A stretch of DNA of 32,000 nucleotides, taken from positions 30,001-62,000 of the forward strand of contig JBHLRO010000002.1 in NCBI GenBank assembly GCA_048882505.1, read 5' to 3'. The position numbers were made by a program, and so were the translations under genes. The DNA is from Candidatus Thorarchaeota archaeon. GTDB taxonomy: Archaea; Asgardarchaeota; Heimdallarchaeia; Hodarchaeales; Hodarchaeaceae. The notes under the pieces are model-generated. The model made no database searches. It was not told where the DNA came from and worked only from the letters and a program-made list of their open reading frames with translations. This document shows positions 26,982 through 32,000 of this stretch, one piece after another (the first letter of the stretch is position 1; each line of letters begins with the position of its first letter).

Positions 26982-27956
26982 ATGATGAAAACTGCACACG
27001 CATCGGCACCAGGAAAAATCATCTTATTTGGAGAACATAGTGTAGTGTATGGGAAGCCTGCACTCGTATCAGCCATAGATAAAAGAGCTCATGTCGAAGT
27101 TGAAAGATATCCAAGCGCTTCCCAAAGGATTTGTATCTCAACGGTGGATTATAAGTCTTCTCATGAGATGTTGTTCTCTACAGACCCTAACTTCATCACG
27201 GGTCAACCGATGCATATCCACCCCCTTCTTCGGATTATCCAATCAGTTTACATTCAAGAAGAGATAGAAGAATCAATCACGGTCAAAGTAACTTCGGATC
27301 TCCCTAGAAGTGCTGGCTTGGGATCTTCGGCGTCGGTATGCGTGGCATTAACTGCTGCACTAGCAGATGTGTTTAATCTTGGCTATTCTTTAGAACAAAT
27401 TTCGGCCTGCGCTTTCAAAGGGGAACAACTTGTCCACGGAACCCCTTCAGGTATCGATAATACGATTTCTACATTTGGAGGGTGCATCCGCTATCACAAG
27501 GGAGAAATCCAACCAATCGAGGGAAGCTTGGTTCAATTGATAATTGGGAACACCGGGATTACCAGAGAGACCAAAACCTGGGTCGGGAAAGTCCGATCCA
27601 GATATGATACCTTTCCTTATGTAATTGAACCCATTATTAATGCTATGGGAGATTTGGCCAAGGAAGCAGAGGGAGTGCTTGCCACGCGGGATCTAGTGCG
27701 ACTAGGGGAGCTTATGGACATCAATCACGGGATGCTAAGTTCTATTGGCGTTTCCATAGCAGAATTGGATCACCTAGTTAATCAAGCTCGTTCTGCCGGC
27801 GCATATGGTGCTAAATTGACAGGAGCAGGAGGAGGAGGCTGTATGTTTGCCTTGGTGGATGATGAAAACCATGATAAGGTGTTTCGGGCACTGTACGAGA
27901 GTGGAGCTGACCCAATTCGGGCCCAATTCGAAACTGAAGGTGTTATAATCCATTAG
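26982..27956 (+). CDS. mvk: Mevalonate kinase
   Basis: APGKIILFGEHSVVYG, GLGSSAS, HGTPSGID, AKLTGAGGGGC GHMP motifs. Confidence 0.95.
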   Translation: MMKTAHASAPGKIILFGEHSVVYGKPALVSAIDKRAHVEVERYPSASQRICISTVDYKSSHEMLFSTDPNFITGQPMHIHPLLRIIQSVYIQEEIEESITVKVTSDLPRSAGLGSSASVCVALTAALADVFNLGYSLEQISACAFKGEQLVHGTPSGIDNTISTFGGCIRYHKGEIQPIEGSLVQLIIGNTGITRETKTWVGKVRSRYDTFPYVIEPIINAMGDLAKEAEGVLATRDLVRLGELMDINHGMLSSIGVSIAELDHLVNQARSAGAYGAKLTGAGGGGCMFALVDDENHDKVFRALYESGADPIRAQFETEGVIIH

Positions 27957-28058
27957 TTTGATGGAACAGTAATGAATGAAGATTCAAACTACAGATTCAC
28001 AAACGAAAGAATAATTTCTCTGGCCTAGTATTGCAGCCCCTCACTGGAATCACGACCA

Positions 28059-29378
28059 ATGGATCTACGAGAATATCTTGTTAGACTTGAAAAACGCGGC
28101 AGCTTGGTTAGAGTTAAAAAAGAAGCACAGGTAGATATTGAAATTGCGGCCGTACTGAAGACTGCCGAACCCCAGCCATTTCTGTTTGAAAAAATCAAGG
28201 ATTACCCTGATTTTAGGATTATAGGAAACCTATTTTGTACCAAGCAAAGTATTGCGGACTATTTACAGATTCCCCCTTCGAGAATAATCCATAGGATGAA
28301 AGAAGCGATTGAAAAGCGGAGTCCTCCGGAAGAGATTGATAATCCTCCATGTCAGGAGGTTGAAAGTCGAAGAGTCGACCTTGATGAACTCCCGATAATG
28401 AAACATCATGAAAAAGATGGGGGGCGGTATATCTCCTCCGCAATCGTTGTTACCAAAGATCCCGAGTTTGGCCAAAATTGTGATTTTCATCGTGCTATGC
28501 AAGTTAGTAAGACCTTAATGACCACCAGAATCGTGGAAGGGAGAGATTTTCATAAATTCTTAACCCGGGCCGGAGAAGTAGAGGCCGCCTATTGTATTGG
28601 AAACACAGCCAACATATTGGTGGCGGCAGCCACGTCTGTCCAAACAGGAATTGATGAACTAGAAATCGCTAATGCCCTGGAACCTTTTGCCGTAACTAAA
28701 GCTAAAAGCCTTGACCTCCTCATCCCGGCGAGTTGTGAAATTGTGTTAGAGGGTAAGGTATATCTGAATGAACGAGGTACAGAGGGTCCATTTGTCGATC
28801 TAACTGAAACTTTCGATCGAATTCGTGAGGAACCTGTTTTTGAGGTTCAAAAAATCACTCATAGAAAAGATCCGATCTGGCAGGCCCTCCTACCAGGAGC
28901 ATTAGAACACAAAGTGTTGATGGGGATGCCCCGAGAGCCCATTATTCATCAAAAGGTGACTGAAGCGGGAGTTAAATGTCTTGATGTAAATATTACTCCT
29001 GGTAGCTCATCCTGGCTTCATGCGGTAATCAAAATTGATAAAAAGGCGGTAACTGACGGCATTACGGCAATTAGAGCCGCCTTTGCTGGACACCGTAGCT
29101 GTAAGCATGTGTTTGTGGTAGATGAGGATATTGATATTTATAATCCACTGGATGTTGAATGGGCCATGGCCACTAGGTTTCAAGCCGCCAAAGATTTGGT
29201 TGATATGGGGCTTGAACCAGGGTCCAGCCTTGATCCTAGCGCAGAACCAGGAACAAAAATGACCAATAAGATAGGTTTCGATCTTACAGCACCGTTAGGT
29301 GATGAAAAAAGGCATTTTGTAAGAGCACCAGTGGCCAAGATAGATTTAAGGGAGTATCTCGAGGATTCTACCCAATAA
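28059..29378 (+). CDS. ubiD: UbiD-family prFMN decarboxylase, likely trans-anhydromevalonate 5-phosphate decarboxylase
   Basis: EIVLEG, EGPFVD, VVDEDIDI, WAMATRFQ, SSLDPS, KIGFDLT; function inferred from the gene context. Confidence 0.9.
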   Translation: MDLREYLVRLEKRGSLVRVKKEAQVDIEIAAVLKTAEPQPFLFEKIKDYPDFRIIGNLFCTKQSIADYLQIPPSRIIHRMKEAIEKRSPPEEIDNPPCQEVESRRVDLDELPIMKHHEKDGGRYISSAIVVTKDPEFGQNCDFHRAMQVSKTLMTTRIVEGRDFHKFLTRAGEVEAAYCIGNTANILVAAATSVQTGIDELEIANALEPFAVTKAKSLDLLIPASCEIVLEGKVYLNERGTEGPFVDLTETFDRIREEPVFEVQKITHRKDPIWQALLPGALEHKVLMGMPREPIIHQKVTEAGVKCLDVNITPGSSSWLHAVIKIDKKAVTDGITAIRAAFAGHRSCKHVFVVDEDIDIYNPLDVEWAMATRFQAAKDLVDMGLEPGSSLDPSAEPGTKMTNKIGFDLTAPLGDEKRHFVRAPVAKIDLREYLEDSTQ

Positions 29379-29510
29379 TTCCCAATATCTAGGTTCTCAA
29401 TTCTTCAGAGGACAATTGTTTTATGCTTCAGTCTAAAGATGTAACGTAATATTAGATTGATTTTCTGAATATGTATGGAGAACAACATAACACTCGAATT
29501 GGGTACGAAC

Positions 29511-30686
29511 ATGAAATTAACAACCGAAGAAAAGGCAATGGCCGATGGAAAGGCTGGCAAAGCTGCACAAAAAGCGATGGAGATTTTAGTAACTTTAGGG
29601 GAGATTTATGATGCAGAACAACTAATCCCCGTTACATCTGTTCAAATAGCTGGAGTGAGCTATGCAAATCTACAGGAACCAGGGCTAGCATGGCTAGAGG
29701 AGATGGCAGTTGATGGTGAAATCCAGGTTCTCACAACCTTAAATCCCGCTGGGATGGATCTTCAGAACTGGCAGAAACTCGGAATCGATGGAGAATTTGC
29801 TAAAAACCAACAACGAGTTGTGGATGCGTTTCAGAAACTGGGGGCCATTAATACGTGTAGTTGCACACCCTACCTCTTTGGAAATTTACCCCATTATGGA
29901 CAGCATATTGCGTGGTCGGAAAGTAGTGCCGTTTGTTACGCTAACTCGGTAATTGGGGCCCGTAGCAATCGTGAAGGAGGGCCCAGTGCTCTAAGCGCAG
30001 CCATTATTGGAAAAACGCCAGAGTATGGATATCATCTTTCAAAAAATCGGCAGCCCGAAGTGAAAGTAGATGTCACGGCCAAACTGCGTGGGACACACCA
30101 ATTTGGTGCTCTGGGTAAAGAATTAGGTGATAAACTAGGAAACAAACTGGCCTATATTACGGGGATCCCAGAAGCATCTGTTGAAGAACTAAAAGCGCTT
30201 TGTGCGTCTTATGCCACGTATGGAGGTATAGGAATGTTTCACATGGAAAATATCACACCTAATCCTGTTCACAAAATCCCAGAAGAAACGTTCACGGTTC
30301 AGGCCGAAGACATTACACAAGTTCTCCAGGAGTTGAGACAGGCAACAACCATCGATTTCATAAGCATTGGTTGCCCCCACGCGTCATTAGCCGAGCTAGA
30401 GAACGTAGCCAAAAAACTCAATGGAAAAACAGTTCGGAAAGCAATGTGGATTACTACCTCTCGGCCTATCAAAGAAATTGCAGATCGCATGGGCTATACC
30501 CAGATGATTGAGAATTCTGGGGCCATTGTTGCGGCCGATACATGCTGTGTGGTGGCTCCCATTAAAGGCCGATTCGTCGGGTTGGCTACCGATTCAGCGA
30601 AAGGATGTTATTATGGAGCGGGTCGCAATCAGTTTGAAGTTTCAATCATGAGCGTAGATGAATTGATCGAAGAGGCACTTAAATGA
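29511..30686 (+). CDS. Aconitase X large subunit, likely phosphomevalonate dehydratase large subunit
   Basis: TTLNP, TCSCTPY, AWSESSAV..ANSVIGARSNREGGP, GCPHAS, DTCCVV. ATG at 29511 preferred over 29475. Confidence 0.9.
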   Translation: MKLTTEEKAMADGKAGKAAQKAMEILVTLGEIYDAEQLIPVTSVQIAGVSYANLQEPGLAWLEEMAVDGEIQVLTTLNPAGMDLQNWQKLGIDGEFAKNQQRVVDAFQKLGAINTCSCTPYLFGNLPHYGQHIAWSESSAVCYANSVIGARSNREGGPSALSAAIIGKTPEYGYHLSKNRQPEVKVDVTAKLRGTHQFGALGKELGDKLGNKLAYITGIPEASVEELKALCASYATYGGIGMFHMENITPNPVHKIPEETFTVQAEDITQVLQELRQATTIDFISIGCPHASLAELENVAKKLNGKTVRKAMWITTSRPIKEIADRMGYTQMIENSGAIVAADTCCVVAPIKGRFVGLATDSAKGCYYGAGRNQFEVSIMSVDELIEEALK

Positions 30687-31075
30687 AGGAATTGGTCGGT
30701 AGACGTATCTACAAGGGAAAGGCAGAGGGAGAGGCACTAGTTACCAGGCAAGCCATTTCGTTTTATGGAGGAGTCGATCCTGAAAAAGGGATGATTGTTG
30801 AACGGGGCCACGAGCTAGAAGGGCAGCACATTACCAACAAGATCCTGGTATTTCCCCGTGGAAAGGGTTCTACAGTTGGCTCATATATCTTATACCATCT
30901 GAGTAAAGTAGGGAATGCTCCAAAGGCCCTCATCCTTACTGAATGCGAAGCGATCGTAGCTGTTGGTTGCATTATTGGCGAAATCCCTTGTGTCGATCAC
31001 ATTGATATCCAACAGATTCATACTGGGACCGATGTACGAGTAAATGCTACTCAGGGTATCATCGAGGTAATGTAA
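30683..31075 (+). CDS. DUF126 aconitase X swiveling subunit, likely phosphomevalonate dehydratase small subunit
   Basis: GEALVT...ISFYGGVDP..G, KILVFPRGKGSTVGSY; ATGA overlap with the large subunit. Confidence 0.92.
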   Translation: MKELVGRRIYKGKAEGEALVTRQAISFYGGVDPEKGMIVERGHELEGQHITNKILVFPRGKGSTVGSYILYHLSKVGNAPKALILTECEAIVAVGCIIGEIPCVDHIDIQQIHTGTDVRVNATQGIIEVM

Positions 31076-31090
31076 GTACTTCATTGCGTC

Positions 31091-31675
31091 ATGGTGGAAT
31101 TGTTGGAATCAAAGCGAATAACAGTAGCATTGACTGGGGCATCAGGGGCCATTTATGGGGTTGAACTTGTAAAAGCGTTGGTTCAAAGTGGGATTGAGAC
31201 TTACGTGATCCTTAGCGAGTGGGCGGAGTATGTTTTGAAAGAAGAAACAAACACTAGCTTGGATCAGCTTAGGAATTTAACAGATCGTGTATATTCAAAC
31301 CGTGATATGGCTTCTCCCTTAGCCAGCAGCTCTACTCTGATCGATGGGATGGTGGTGATGCCTGCCACAGTCAAAACTGTGTCAAATATCGCTAACGCAA
31401 CAACAGGTGATTTAATTTCGAGAGCAGCCGATATTATGCTCAAAATGCAGCGTCCCCTTATTATTGGGATCAGGGAGACGCCCTTAAGCCCTCCTTGCCT
31501 TCATAACCTTGCCCAGCTTTCAACCTATGGTGTGGTAATAATGCCCTTGAGTCCGGGTTTTTACCATTACCCGAAAATAATACAGGACCTCGTAGATTTT
31601 ATTATTGGAAAAACTTTGGATATTCTTAGAATTCCAAATGAAAAATATCGGCGGTGGAAATCACAGGAATCTTGA
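31091..31675 (+). CDS. ubiX: Flavin prenyltransferase UbiX
   Basis: ALTGASGAIYG, RAAD..LK, RETPLS, PGFYH.P. Confidence 0.93.
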   Translation: MVELLESKRITVALTGASGAIYGVELVKALVQSGIETYVILSEWAEYVLKEETNTSLDQLRNLTDRVYSNRDMASPLASSSTLIDGMVVMPATVKTVSNIANATTGDLISRAADIMLKMQRPLIIGIRETPLSPPCLHNLAQLSTYGVVIMPLSPGFYHYPKIIQDLVDFIIGKTLDILRIPNEKYRRWKSQES

Positions 31676-31680
31676 GTACC

Positions 31681-32000
31681 ATGGAAGTAGACTACAACTC
31701 GGCCATTGAAGACCATTTGAAAAAAAACAACGTGACATCCGACCGTAAATTAGCACATCTCCAGATTTGTTTGGAACATGATGTGCAGGCTCGGAATGTC
31801 ACGACAGGTTTAGAAGACATCACTCTCATTCATCGGGCCACTACTGACCTCAACCTTGATGAAATCGACCTAGAAACCAAGATATTTGGGAAAAAACTGG
31901 CTTTACCTCTAATTTGTTCGGGAATGACTGGCGGTCACGATTTTGCAAAGAAACTGAATTTGTTTTTATCTCAGGCTGCCCACCAAACACGAATCGGTAT
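31681..32000 (+). CDS. fni: Type-2 isopentenyl-diphosphate delta-isomerase (FMN-dependent), 5' part, truncated by the window end; absent from the ORF track
   Basis: Manual translation MEVDYNS...DRKLAHLQICLEHDV...GLEDITLIHRA...EIDLETKIFGKKLALPLICSGMTGGH. Confidence 0.9.
   Translation, partial: MEVDYNSAIEDHLKKNNVTSDRKLAHLQICLEHDVQARNVTTGLEDITLIHRATTDLNLDEIDLETKIFGKKLALPLICSGMTGGHDFAKKLNLFLSQAAHQTRIG

Overview
Archaeal chromosomal window of mostly housekeeping genes. It is probably from an Asgard/Heimdallarchaeia-like lineage; this is inferred from a Roadblock-like protein, a eukaryote-type topoisomerase III and the archaeal information-processing genes, and is not proven. In order it contains: two tandem ABC ATPases; an RNA-processing/translation cluster (rtcA, cutA, RNase P Rpp21, tRNA-Glu, SmAP1, rpl37e, tRNA-Phe, pyrH, a ureohydrolase-like gene, aRF1, tRNA-Gly); a tnpB-only IS200/IS605-family element with recognisable paired end hairpins; acdB; an HTH regulator; glmS; several membrane proteins; a transglutaminase-like protein with Cys->Ser at the nucleophile; a type IA topoisomerase; an AK6-like kinase; an MBL hydrolase; an Lrp-domain protein; pgk; and a cluster for the lower archaeal (modified) mevalonate pathway (mvk, UbiD-type AMPD, AcnX large/small PMDh, ubiX, type-2 IDI cut by the window edge). 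The main signals missing from the ORF track are two tRNA genes that each carry two bulge-helix-bulge introns, three of the four at non-canonical positions (inferred 45/46, 59/60, 22/23). All calls come from motif reading by eye; no searches were run.
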